Shown here: positions 25,680-34,083 of the stretch, piece by piece | Numbering within the stretch: position 1 is the stretch's first letter | How the letters are laid out: every line of letters begins with the position of its first letter | Assembly: GCA_020632015.1 (NCBI GenBank) | Contig: JACKGI010000004.1 | Coordinates: forward strand, 1 to 59,852 | Direction: 5' to 3' | Source: Candidatus Nomurabacteria bacterium | Lineage (GTDB): Bacteria > Patescibacteriota > Minisyncoccia > Phycocordibacterales > UBA918 | DNA: 59,852 nt | Program-made: the position numbers and the translations under genes | Notes under the pieces: model-generated | The model's database searches: none | Seen by the model: only the letters and a program-made list of their open reading frames with translations | What the model was told of the DNA's origin: nothing

Positions 25680-26600
25680 TTAAGAACCGCAGGTGTACCC
25701 AAGCATAGTTTGTCCTCTGCTTAGGCTGTAAAAATGAACCACAGTATCTCTCCCAGGATACTTACTGCTGTAGCGATGCGTAAACCCGTCCTCAATGGGT
25801 TTTATGTTTAATGCACCCTTACGATCGTAGCCCGGACAGTGCCCACTAAGTGCACGGTAATCATAGGTGCCTCCGTTGCGGAAAGTCACCTTCACACAGT
25901 TATTGACTGATGCGAATGCAGGTCCGCACGCTGATTCAATTGCTTCCGGCTTCGAGATCTCGGCGGTCCGACTTTTTTGAGGCGGGCTGGATACTTCCTC
26001 GACGACAACTTTGTCATCGTCTAGGTAGTCTGCATTGAGATACATAAGGATTGTGTCCCAAGTAATCAGTACTGCAACCAGACCAGCGATTAGGATTACT
26101 GGGTAGGCAACAATCTTCCAGGTTTTGGTCTTCATGCTCTTGTCGAAATGATATGCAATCACTCCGATAAGCGCTGCAAAGGGGAGCCACCAAAACAATT
26201 CGGGGTGGTTTTCGAAGGTGAAGGTCGTCAGTAGAAAGGCTGTGAATCCATACACCATCAAGACAGTTATTAGTAGCCTGAAAAGCAACTTCACACCATC
26301 TTTAATCCCCTCAAAGGCCTTTTGGTCTCCGAAGAAACTAAACACTAGTCCCAGAACAGAGAACCCAGCCAAGAGCTTGGTCTTTGTCCCAATCATTGCG
26401 ATAAGGACGATTCCGACGAGTGCCGGAAGGAGGTTTAAGTTACGGTGTCCTGTGATGTTGAGCCACCACATAACACCAGCGGAGGCCAGGTACACTGTGG
26501 AAGACCACAGTAATACTGACCATAATTGGATGCGAAGATTTTCGTAGTCTGAGCTAACAATAGCCCAGACATCCTTCGCTGTGCGTGTTGGTATCGACAT
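25680..26600 (-). CDS. hypothetical multi-pass membrane protein with Cys-containing C-terminal domain
   Basis: 306 aa with about 6 hydrophobic segments. GC looks higher than its neighbours. Confidence 0.6.
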   Translation of the reverse strand: MSIPTRTAKDVWAIVSSDYENLRIQLWSVLLWSSTVYLASAGVMWWLNITGHRNLNLLPALVGIVLIAMIGTKTKLLAGFSVLGLVFSFFGDQKAFEGIKDGVKLLFRLLITVLMVYGFTAFLLTTFTFENHPELFWWLPFAALIGVIAYHFDKSMKTKTWKIVAYPVILIAGLVAVLITWDTILMYLNADYLDDDKVVVEEVSSPPQKSRTAEISKPEAIESACGPAFASVNNCVKVTFRNGGTYDYRALSGHCPGYDRKGALNIKPIEDGFTHRYSSKYPGRDTVVHFYSLSRGQTMLGYTCGS

Positions 26601-26618
26601 TCTTACTCTCCTTTTGTT

Positions 26619-27449
26619 CTAGACGGCAAGCCAATGAAAGAAGCGAACAAAAATATTTTTCCTCTTCCTCTCAGCTTTTTCCTTGCGTTTCTGTATGGCT
26701 ACTGCACGTATACGTGCCCTAACCGGTCGGGTTTTGGTCGTAGTCCAATCAGCTGTAGCTTCAAGGTCTATATTATTAATCCATCCTTGAACCTTTTCGG
26801 GGCTCAGATTAGCATCAATCCAATCTAAAGTCTCCCTTTTTGGCATCATCGGAATGTTGAGTGAACGTAAGTAGTCGACGGCTTTTTTGTAGCCATCTTC
26901 TCTCTCTTGTTCAGACTCAATGATTTCGACCAACTGATTGATCAGCTTTTTGGTGTTTTTTACACCTCCAGCATAGATCTCTTTTTTTTCAGTTACAGTT
27001 TTAGTATTCTGATTCGGAACTTTTGTTTCATTTCCTCCTTTATCCGAACCAGTTTTGTTTGGAGTGGCTTTAACGGTAACAATATCCCGAGTCCCAACCT
27101 TACGGCTAGGGGTATCGAGTTCTGTGACCATTGTGCGCCACTTGTTGTACTGGACGAATGAGATTGCTGCCACCAGAAAATTTTTGGGATTATTTAAATC
27201 GCCAAAATGATACTCCAGCAGACCGTACAAAATTTCCCTTTTTTCTTTGGGTAAATCTATAGTCGCATTAATCCAGTTGATCTCATCACCACTTCTGAAG
27301 ATTCCACCTTTCGGCTTTTCTTCAGGGGGTAAATCCTCATCTGGGTTTTTCTTTGAAACTACACCTTTGACGTTTTTTGCTACGTCAAGGAAGGTGTAGA
27401 TTTCTCCCCAGTGTTTACTGAGGAATCTCATGAATGATTCGAGGTTCAT
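26619..27449 (-). CDS. hypothetical protein
   Basis: The ATG at 27449 has a GGAGA RBS at 7 nt; the ORF is open to 27551. Lys-rich C-terminus; no motif recognised. Confidence 0.55.
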   Translation of the reverse strand: MNLESFMRFLSKHWGEIYTFLDVAKNVKGVVSKKNPDEDLPPEEKPKGGIFRSGDEINWINATIDLPKEKREILYGLLEYHFGDLNNPKNFLVAAISFVQYNKWRTMVTELDTPSRKVGTRDIVTVKATPNKTGSDKGGNETKVPNQNTKTVTEKKEIYAGGVKNTKKLINQLVEIIESEQEREDGYKKAVDYLRSLNIPMMPKRETLDWIDANLSPEKVQGWINNIDLEATADWTTTKTRPVRARIRAVAIQKRKEKAERKRKNIFVRFFHWLAV

Positions 27450-27649
27450 TTTATGTCTCCAATTGTCAAAGCGACTAAATGTCGCGAAACTTATAGAGGG
27501 GAATCCCTCATACCTATCTTTAATAATAGCATGGATTCTACTAAAAGTCAAGCTAAACTTATTAAAATAAGCCTTATTTAATAGTCTTATTAAGCAATTA
27601 AGAGTTTAAAGGTTGCTTGTAAACCATCTCTTGTGTATGATTTTGACCT

Positions 27650-28687
27650 ATGACTCTAGCTGAGAGAACAGACCCGACTAGTCGCGCGGAAAGACGCCGG
27701 CAAGTAGCAATGGATAAAAGGCCTCGTACGACTGTGTCTTTTTATCGATATGTGCAGATTGCAGACCCAGAAGCCTTTCGGCGCAGGCTACTAGACAAAT
27801 GGTCTGAGTTGGACTGTTTAGGTAGGATTTACGTGGCTCATGAGGGTATTAATGCACAAATGAATGTACCTGACATGTACTGGGATCAGTTTGATGCTTG
27901 GGTACAAAACCAGCCAGAACTAGCTGGTGTGCCATACAAAAAGGCAGTAGAGGAAGCTGATTTTTCCTCTTTCTACAAATTAACGATTAAGATTCGTCCA
28001 AAGATAGTTGCGGATGGTCTAGACGATAAGTCTTTTGATGTAACCAACACAGGAGCTTATTTGACAGCAGAGGAGATGAATCAGTACGTAGAAGACCCTG
28101 ATGCGGTTATTGTCGATATGAGAAATAACTACGAATCTGAAGTCGGTCACTTTGAAAAGGCCATTACTCCAAACGTAGTAACATTTCGAGATGAGCTCAA
28201 GAAAACTCCAGAAATGCTCGGAGAGTACAAAGATAAGAAAGTTGCTCTGTATTGTACTGGCGGGATTCGTTGCGAGAAAGCAAGTGCGTGGCTAAAACAT
28301 AATGGGTTTAAGGACGTTAGACATCTTAAGGGCGGAATCATTGATTACGCTCATCAGGTACAACAAAAAGGCTTGGAGAATAAATTCAAAGGCAAGAACT
28401 TTGTTTTTGATGAAAGATTGGGCGAAAGGATTGGCGATGAGATTATTTCTAATTGCCATCTTTGTAAGAAAGTAAAATGTGATACTCATCACCATTGTAA
28501 AAATCAGATTTGTCACACATTGTTTATTGGCTGTGACGATTGTATAAAGAAAAAGCAGGGTTATTGTTCATTGGTGTGTAGGCAAGTAGACAAGCTTCCG
28601 ACTCACACAAAGAAGACTCTAGCTAAGTACTATAATTTATATATTAGGAAGAGAAAGCCGTTTGAGAAGACGAGATTAGTTGCATAA
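27650..28687 (+). CDS. trhO: rhodanese-domain tRNA uridine(34) hydroxylase (UPF0176/YceA family)
   Basis: TTVSFYRYV N-terminus, rhodanese active-site loop CTGGIRCEKA, Cys-rich C-terminus. Confidence 0.85.
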   Translation: MTLAERTDPTSRAERRRQVAMDKRPRTTVSFYRYVQIADPEAFRRRLLDKWSELDCLGRIYVAHEGINAQMNVPDMYWDQFDAWVQNQPELAGVPYKKAVEEADFSSFYKLTIKIRPKIVADGLDDKSFDVTNTGAYLTAEEMNQYVEDPDAVIVDMRNNYESEVGHFEKAITPNVVTFRDELKKTPEMLGEYKDKKVALYCTGGIRCEKASAWLKHNGFKDVRHLKGGIIDYAHQVQQKGLENKFKGKNFVFDERLGERIGDEIISNCHLCKKVKCDTHHHCKNQICHTLFIGCDDCIKKKQGYCSLVCRQVDKLPTHTKKTLAKYYNLYIRKRKPFEKTRLVA

Positions 28688-28688
28688 C

Positions 28689-28712
28689 AAAAACCGGCTA
28701 TGCCGGTTTTTT
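28689..28712. terminator. bidirectional terminator after trhO
   Basis: AAAAACCGGC-TAT-GCCGGTTTTTT. Confidence 0.7.
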
Positions 28713-28719
28713 GTTATTT

Positions 28720-28850
28720 GTGCGCAGGAGAGGACTTGAACTCTACGAGTTCAGTACAGGTTGTCGTTATTTTGTTCACAAGCTCCAAAATAACTGGCAA
28801 CCTTTTCAAACCCTCACACAAAGTCTTCCAGACTTTGCTTCCTGAGCACA
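28720..28850 (-). repeat. tRNA-3'-end-linked hairpin module, copy 1 (downstream of tRNA-Leu-UAG)
   Basis: 28720..28741 is a perfect 22-nt copy of the tRNA 3' end (28879..28900). 28805..28815 is an inverted T-loop/T-stem copy. Long hairpin at 28759..28802. The interior is homologous to the module at 38595..38706. Confidence 0.6.
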
Positions 28851-28879
28851 CAAAAACCCACCAAAGTGGGTTTTCTTAG

Positions 28880-28961
28880 TGCGCAGGAGAGGACTTGAAC
28901 CTCCACGGATTGCTCCACTAGTGCCTAAAACTAGCGCGTATACCAATTTCGCCACCTGCGC
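28880..28961 (-). tRNA. tRNA-Leu (anticodon UAG)
   Basis: GCGCAGG acceptor, anticodon stem CTAGT/ACTAG with loop TTTAGGC, long variable arm, T-arm GGAGG-TTCAAGT-CCTCT. No CCA encoded. Confidence 0.93.
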
Positions 28962-29052
28962 ATATTTAATTGTGACCGTGAGTATAGCAGGAACTATTAC
29001 TCAAGGCTAGGAATCATACTAAGAGACGTAGTATTTCAGTATGATTCCATTG

Positions 29053-29125
29053 TGCGCCTTCTAGGGCTCGAACCTAGGACCGTCTGCTTAAGAGGCAGCT
29101 GCTCTACCGACTGAGCTAAAGGCGC
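29053..29125 (-). tRNA. tRNA-Lys (anticodon CUU)
   Basis: GCGCCTT acceptor, D-arm GCTC-AGTCGGTA-GAGC, anticodon loop CTCTTAA, T-arm CTAGG-TTCGAGC-CCTAG. Confidence 0.93.
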
Positions 29126-29322
29126 ATGTTTTGTGGGATGAGTTTACAATAATTTGTTACATAATACAAGGTTAATCTTGAGTCAAGTGGTTATATAAAA
29201 AAACCTGACAAACCTCTTGATTCAGTTAATGAACTCTTGAATATAAAATATAAATACATCTGTGGTGCAGTTCTATCGATCAAAAGTAAAAGCCGGAATT
29301 TATTTCCGGCTTTTACTTTTTG

Positions 29323-29408
29323 TGCCCGGGGCGGGAATTGAACCCGCACGCCGTTTAAAAGGCAAGGGATTTTAAGTCCCTCGTGTCTACCGATTCCACC
29401 ACCCGGGC
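29323..29408 (-). tRNA. tRNA-Leu (anticodon UAA)
   Basis: GCCCGGG acceptor, anticodon stem AGGGA/TCCCT with loop CTTAAAA, long variable arm, T-arm GCGGG-TTCAATT-CCCGC. Confidence 0.93.
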
Positions 29409-29482
29409 GGAAGTGTAAATACTAAAATAGTATTTGGTAGCACTCACGAATTAAAAGCTACGGATGTAGTTTTTAATTCGTG

Positions 29483-29555
29483 AGTCCTGGGTGGGAGTCG
29501 AACCCACGTATGGCGGTTTTGCAAACCGCAGCGTTAACCACTTCGCCACCAGGAC
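29483..29555 (-). tRNA. tRNA-Cys (anticodon GCA)
   Basis: GTCCTGG acceptor, anticodon stem GCGGT/ACCGC with loop TTGCAAA, T-arm GTGGG-TTCGACT-CCCAC, U73 discriminator. Confidence 0.93.
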
Positions 29556-29649
29556 ATTTCATTTGTACGCAGTACTGTAGCATTATTCTAGGCTCTGTTC
29601 AAAGGTTTTTACAGGATACCTTCATAAATAAAGGTGGGCATTTTGCCCA

Positions 29650-29991
29650 CTATTTACTTCCTTCAATCTCTCTCACCAGCTCATCCATGTGTTGTCTATG
29701 TCGTTCGCCTGCATCAACCATGAATTCTAAATGAGGAATATTTTTTATCCGAGCATTTTTCTTTAGGTAATTTCGTAAGTTTGTAGCATTACGCTTCAGG
29801 AAGATGAGAGCATCTTGTTCTCTGCCGTCCGGAATAGTCGTAACAAAAAGTAAAGCGCGTTTGCCGTCCGGAGAAAGGTCAATGTTGGTCAGAGTAATCA
29901 TTGGATTACTATTTGCTTCATGTCGAATAAAGGTAGCAATTAGCTCCTTTAGGATTCCGGATAGACGAATGTTTCTGTCTGGGTTGGCCAT
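29650..29991 (-). CDS. rbfA: ribosome-binding factor A
   Basis: 113 aa with RLSGILKELIATFIR...LTNIDLSPDGKRALLFV, directly downstream of infB. Confidence 0.85.
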   Translation of the reverse strand: MANPDRNIRLSGILKELIATFIRHEANSNPMITLTNIDLSPDGKRALLFVTTIPDGREQDALIFLKRNATNLRNYLKKNARIKNIPHLEFMVDAGERHRQHMDELVREIEGSK

Positions 29992-29997
29992 AAAATT

Positions 29998-31524
29998 CTA
30001 TGATACGACTGTATCAAAAGGCTTCAAGTAGTCTCCCGGAGCGATTTCGGCCCTTGTTTCAAGTTGCATTCCGAATTCTCCTTCGTCTACTTGCTGAACA
30101 TCTGATTTCATTTGTTGCAGGTTCTTGATTACGCCTTTACCAATTTCAATATCCCTTCGAAGGATTTTTACCTTTTGGTTCATCTTCATTACTCCCTCAT
30201 CTACACGACCTCCGAGTACGTGAATGTTCTTCTGGGCACTGAAGTGCTTAAGGATTTTTACAGTACCAGTGACAACTTCTTCTTCTAGTTTAGGAGTACG
30301 ATTCTTTAGAGCAGTGTTTAGCCACTCAGATAGTTCGTAGATGATGCTGAAAGTATCAATCTCAACATCTAGTCTGTCGGCCAAGTCTTGAGCCGGTCTC
30401 TCAACCTTTACATTAAAACCAACAATGATCGCTTCCTTTGTGGCGCTAACGTTTTGTACATCGCTAACCGAAATATCTCCTACGCCAGTATCTATTACAC
30501 GCACAGTAATTCTGTCTGATTCAAATTTATCTAATTCATGCTGAATAGCATCGATAGTACCAAGCACGTCAGCCTTAATAAGAATTGGAATAACCGGCAA
30601 ACTCGTATTTTGTTTTTTGGTTACTACTGGAGTCTCATCTGATTTAGCTTTTAGTATTTCTGCCTCGGCTTCTTTTTTGTTGGCTACCGTCGTGAACTCA
30701 ATTCCTACTTCAGGAATGTCTGTGAAGCCGACGATTCTAACCGGAGTCGATAGCCCAGCTTCCTTGACTGGCTTACCTTGAAAATCCTCCATGATTCTAA
30801 CTGGAGAGTAGGTGTGTCCTGCAATAACACATTGTCCACTCTTGAGTGTTCCGTTTGTTATAAGCAGGGTGGCAGTGTTTCCACGCTTTGGATCCATTTT
30901 ACCCTCAATTACTTTTCCTGTAGCCATGGCGTTTGCGTCTCCGGTTAACTCTGCAAGGTCTGCGGCAAGGATTACTAAGTCTAGGAGGTCATCGATACCT
31001 TCACCGCTCTTAGCTGAGATTGGTGCAAAAGGAATATCTCCACCCATTCCTTCGATATAGATTTCATTTTCAATAAGCGAATTTTTTGTTCGTTGTATGT
31101 CAGCTCCGGGCTTGTCGATTTTGTTGATGGCAACAACATAGGGGATATTTGCTGTTTTGATAGACTCTAGTGCTTCCAGAGTTTGTGGCTTTACACCATC
31201 TTCAGCTGAGACCATAAGAATGGCAACGTCAGCAACGTCGGCTCCTCGTAGACGCATCTTTTGGAAAGCGGCATGGCCGGGAGTGTCTAGGAAAGTGATT
31301 TTCTCTTCGGCACCATCTTTTGTTTTGTGGGGCACTACATAAGCAGATAGGTGTTGAGTGATTCCGCCCGCTTCACCATCAACAATATTGCTCTTTCGAA
31401 TAGTGTCTAGGAGAGTAGATTTTCCGTGGTCAATATGACCCATAACCACCACGACTGGTGGTCTTTTGATTACATTTGGAGTTGTTGTTTTTTGTTTCTT
31501 TGCCATATATTTTTGCCAAGCCAT
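29998..31524 (-). CDS. infB: translation initiation factor IF-2 (short N-terminus)
   Basis: G-domain [25 protein letters not shown], followed by the IF-2 C-terminal domains. Confidence 0.93.
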   Translation of the reverse strand: MAWQKYMAKKQKTTTPNVIKRPPVVVVMGHIDHGKSTLLDTIRKSNIVDGEAGGITQHLSAYVVPHKTKDGAEEKITFLDTPGHAAFQKMRLRGADVADVAILMVSAEDGVKPQTLEALESIKTANIPYVVAINKIDKPGADIQRTKNSLIENEIYIEGMGGDIPFAPISAKSGEGIDDLLDLVILAADLAELTGDANAMATGKVIEGKMDPKRGNTATLLITNGTLKSGQCVIAGHTYSPVRIMEDFQGKPVKEAGLSTPVRIVGFTDIPEVGIEFTTVANKKEAEAEILKAKSDETPVVTKKQNTSLPVIPILIKADVLGTIDAIQHELDKFESDRITVRVIDTGVGDISVSDVQNVSATKEAIIVGFNVKVERPAQDLADRLDVEIDTFSIIYELSEWLNTALKNRTPKLEEEVVTGTVKILKHFSAQKNIHVLGGRVDEGVMKMNQKVKILRRDIEIGKGVIKNLQQMKSDVQQVDEGEFGMQLETRAEIAPGDYLKPFDTVVS

Positions 31525-31693
31525 AAAACGCCTAAATAGGCGTACTGATAATATAGATGACTGCGAGTATAGCAGAGTTCGGCCATTTTATCCAGAAAAA
31601 TCAACCCCGAAAATCGTTTATTAATTGACAAGAATCGAATTAAGAAGTAGAAATTATATTGGTTAAGTACATAAGCTAAAAGGGGGAAATCTT

Positions 31694-32086
31694 ATGGAGA
31701 TTAAGGAAGACTCGCGCTTATTAGGAGATACTCTAAGTGATTTTGAAATTAGCTTAATTTTATCGGACGACTTACCCAGAGGTTTCTCTTTGGGGAAATG
31801 GGATAGTAAATTTCAAAAGTACGGTTTTTTGGTAGCAACAAGGGAAATCGTTGTTGACTGTGAGGATAGTATCTTTCAAGTTGGGCTTATTCATGAAGTG
31901 TGTGGTGAGAAGACATATAATGCATTATTTACAACAGACTTGATAGGTGGTTTAAGATACAAGGACTATATAGTTGAGTGTAATGACGCGTTAGTATTTA
32001 GGTCTCGTCAATTATTTGAGGTGACAGTCATTAACCCTGATCCTGAAGTAAGAAGAAATATTTTTTTGTTTAGATATAATAGGTAA
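31694..32086 (+). CDS. hypothetical protein
   Basis: 130-aa ORF with a GGGGGA RBS upstream. No motif recognised. Confidence 0.5.
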   Translation: MEIKEDSRLLGDTLSDFEISLILSDDLPRGFSLGKWDSKFQKYGFLVATREIVVDCEDSIFQVGLIHEVCGEKTYNALFTTDLIGGLRYKDYIVECNDALVFRSRQLFEVTVINPDPEVRRNIFLFRYNR

Positions 32087-32181
32087 AACTACTCTAAACT
32101 AGTCCAAAGTACTTGACCGCTCTACTCTAATAGGGCGGTTTTTTTGTTGCACTTTTGCATCCTTGTGTCATTATTTGATGA

Positions 32182-33390
32182 ATGAAATTTTGGGATAGGG
32201 AAAATAAGAGAGTGTACTTGGATTGGGCAGCCGCGACGCCACTTTTGCCAGAGGCAAAAGTGGCAATGTTGCCATTTTTGGAAAATGATTTTGGTAATCC
32301 GGGGGCTATTCATCAAGAGGGTGTGATTGCGAAGCGGGCGGTTGAGGGAGCGCGCGACGAAGTCGCGCGCTCCCTTCAGGTACGTCCTGAATTCGTCACG
32401 TTCACTAGTGGTGGTACAGAAGCAAATAATCTTGCGATTATAGGTACGGTTATGAATTTACGGGCAAAAAAGCACGAGTTTCATGATATGGAGGTAATTA
32501 CGACTCATATAGAGCACCCGTCTGTACTAAGAACTATGGATGAATTAGTGAGACGAGGCGTCACTGTTAAGTATGTGCCAGTAGATGAAAAAGGAAGAAT
32601 AATCATCTCAGACCTTAGAGAATTAGTTTCGTCAAAGACCATTCTCGTGACTTGTTCTTATGCTAACAGTGAAATTGGAATAATACAGCCACTCCACGCT
32701 ATTAGAAAAGTATTAAAGCAAGCAGAGGAAAAATTTTCGACAAAAATTTATTTTCATGTTGATGCAGCTCAAGCACCGCTGTGGCTTAACTGTCAGTTTT
32801 CATCAATCGGAGCCGATTATGTTTCACTAGATTCTGCCAAGTGCTGTGGTCCAAAGGGGGTCGGGCTTTTGGTGCGAAGTAATCGTGCAGAGTTAAAATC
32901 AGTTGAATTTGGAGGTGGTCAAGAAAGTGGGTTAAGACCCGGAACAGAAAATGTCTCAGGGATTGTCGGTGCGGGTAAAGCTATTTTGTGGGCCCAAGAA
33001 GATTGGAAAGATCGGTCAGAAAATGTCTCAAAAATACGAGATGAAGGAATTGAGTATATTTTAAAAACCATTCCCACCGCTGTTTTAAATGGAGAAGAAG
33101 GTGACGATAGGATTGCAAACAATATAAATATTTCAATAGCAGGTATTGATACAGAGTTTGCTACTGTAGTACTCGATAAAAATGGATTTGCGGTTAGTAC
33201 CAAGTCAGCGTGTGCGGGCGCGGGCGGGGGAGAGAGTACGGTAGTGAAAGCGATTTCTGGTGATCCCGCCCGCGCCCTATCCACCCTCCGCTTTACTCTA
33301 GGTCCCGACACGACTTTTGAACAAATCAAAAAGATGACAGATGTTCTTAAAGAGCATTGCGACAAAATACAAAAATACCCAGTTAAGTAG
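32182..33390 (+). CDS. cysteine desulfurase (class V aminotransferase, NifS/IscS-like)
   Basis: FTSGGTEANN, HVDAAQA, PLP-lysine region LDSAKCCGPKGVG, catalytic-Cys loop STKSACAG. Confidence 0.88.
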   Translation: MKFWDRENKRVYLDWAAATPLLPEAKVAMLPFLENDFGNPGAIHQEGVIAKRAVEGARDEVARSLQVRPEFVTFTSGGTEANNLAIIGTVMNLRAKKHEFHDMEVITTHIEHPSVLRTMDELVRRGVTVKYVPVDEKGRIIISDLRELVSSKTILVTCSYANSEIGIIQPLHAIRKVLKQAEEKFSTKIYFHVDAAQAPLWLNCQFSSIGADYVSLDSAKCCGPKGVGLLVRSNRAELKSVEFGGGQESGLRPGTENVSGIVGAGKAILWAQEDWKDRSENVSKIRDEGIEYILKTIPTAVLNGEEGDDRIANNINISIAGIDTEFATVVLDKNGFAVSTKSACAGAGGGESTVVKAISGDPARALSTLRFTLGPDTTFEQIKKMTDVLKEHCDKIQKYPVK

Positions 33391-33472
33391 TTTACAAATT
33401 TTTAATTAGTGGTATAGTCTTCCTCGGTTCATGCAAGGGCATGAAAAACAAGGAAAAAACAAGGAGTACTTG

Positions 33473-33901
33473 ATGAGTAATAAAAGTGTTGTTTTAGCAC
33501 TGGGGACAGCTTGTTCAAGCTGTGAAGGAAACGGAAACACCTGCAAGGACTGTTACGGGGTCGGTATCGAGGGTGTTAAGACGCTTGGTATCTTTCACTA
33601 TCTAAACAGAGAGTCGGGTTCTGAGCACTGGTCAGTCTTTGCGTCCTTTCTGTCTGAGGGTCAACCTCAAACAGTCCATCTGGACCCTGTTGCAGAAGAG
33701 TGGGTTCTCGGAACGGGAAGTGAAGTGCCGGAGCGGTGCAGAATCTATTTCCCGCAAGAAGCCAGAATGGCCAAAACAGACCTTTTGGTCAGGCTGGGGC
33801 TGAGGGAAAGAGTGAAGAACTCCGGTACCAGTACCGAAGACCTCTCGTTGCCACATCTTTACGACAACGTCTCTCCCGCGTTCAAACCCGCCTATACCTA
33901 A
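33473..33901 (+). CDS. small protein with two DnaJ-type CxxCxGxG zinc-finger motifs
   Basis: The ATG at 33473 follows an AAGGAG RBS. CSSCEGNG and CKDCYGVG are adjacent. GC is higher than the flanks. Confidence 0.5.
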   Translation: MSNKSVVLALGTACSSCEGNGNTCKDCYGVGIEGVKTLGIFHYLNRESGSEHWSVFASFLSEGQPQTVHLDPVAEEWVLGTGSEVPERCRIYFPQEARMAKTDLLVRLGLRERVKNSGTSTEDLSLPHLYDNVSPAFKPAYT

Positions 33902-34083
33902 TCACTGGTAGGCGTTACCAAGCCGCCGTTGCGCAAGCAACGAGCGGCTTTTTATTGACTCGATAGTAATTTCATTGCAATATATCAAGTAAGGGTACGT
34001 AATACTCTATATCGGGACGACTGCATATCTGACCTGACCGAATTCTGCCGATAACGTATAATGGATATTGAATACTTTGAACT

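Noticed and set aside
25487-25702. Minus-strand poly-Pro ORF (71 aa).
   Set aside because: It is the antisense of the Gly-codon repeat at the end of pilin-like paralog 6 and spans a terminator hairpin.
28759-28802. Module hairpins as integron attC sites.
   Set aside because: The stem ends (GGTTGTC / GGCAACC) do not fit the R'' RYYYAAC / R' GTTRRRY cores. No integron integrase or cassette array is nearby.
28720-28850. Possible second tRNA-Leu gene or an intron-containing/split tRNA, because the 3' 22 nt are identical to tRNA-Leu(UAG) and GTGCTCAGG near the 5' end can pair with CCTGCGCAC.
   Set aside because: The five bases preceding the T-loop (TAGAG) do not pair with CCTCT. There is no D-arm or anticodon arm, and the interior is homologous to the modules behind tRNA-Tyr and tRNA-Leu(CAA) rather than to any tRNA. 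Treated as a tRNA-linked module instead.
29480-29734. 84-aa ORF covering tRNA-Cys. Comparable ORFs lie over tRNA-Tyr, tRNA-Leu(CAA) and their modules (38593..38775, 38693..38920, 38886..39125, 42041..42235).
   Set aside because: They overlap confidently folded tRNA genes or repeat modules. They are artefacts of stop-codon-poor GC-rich tRNA sequence.
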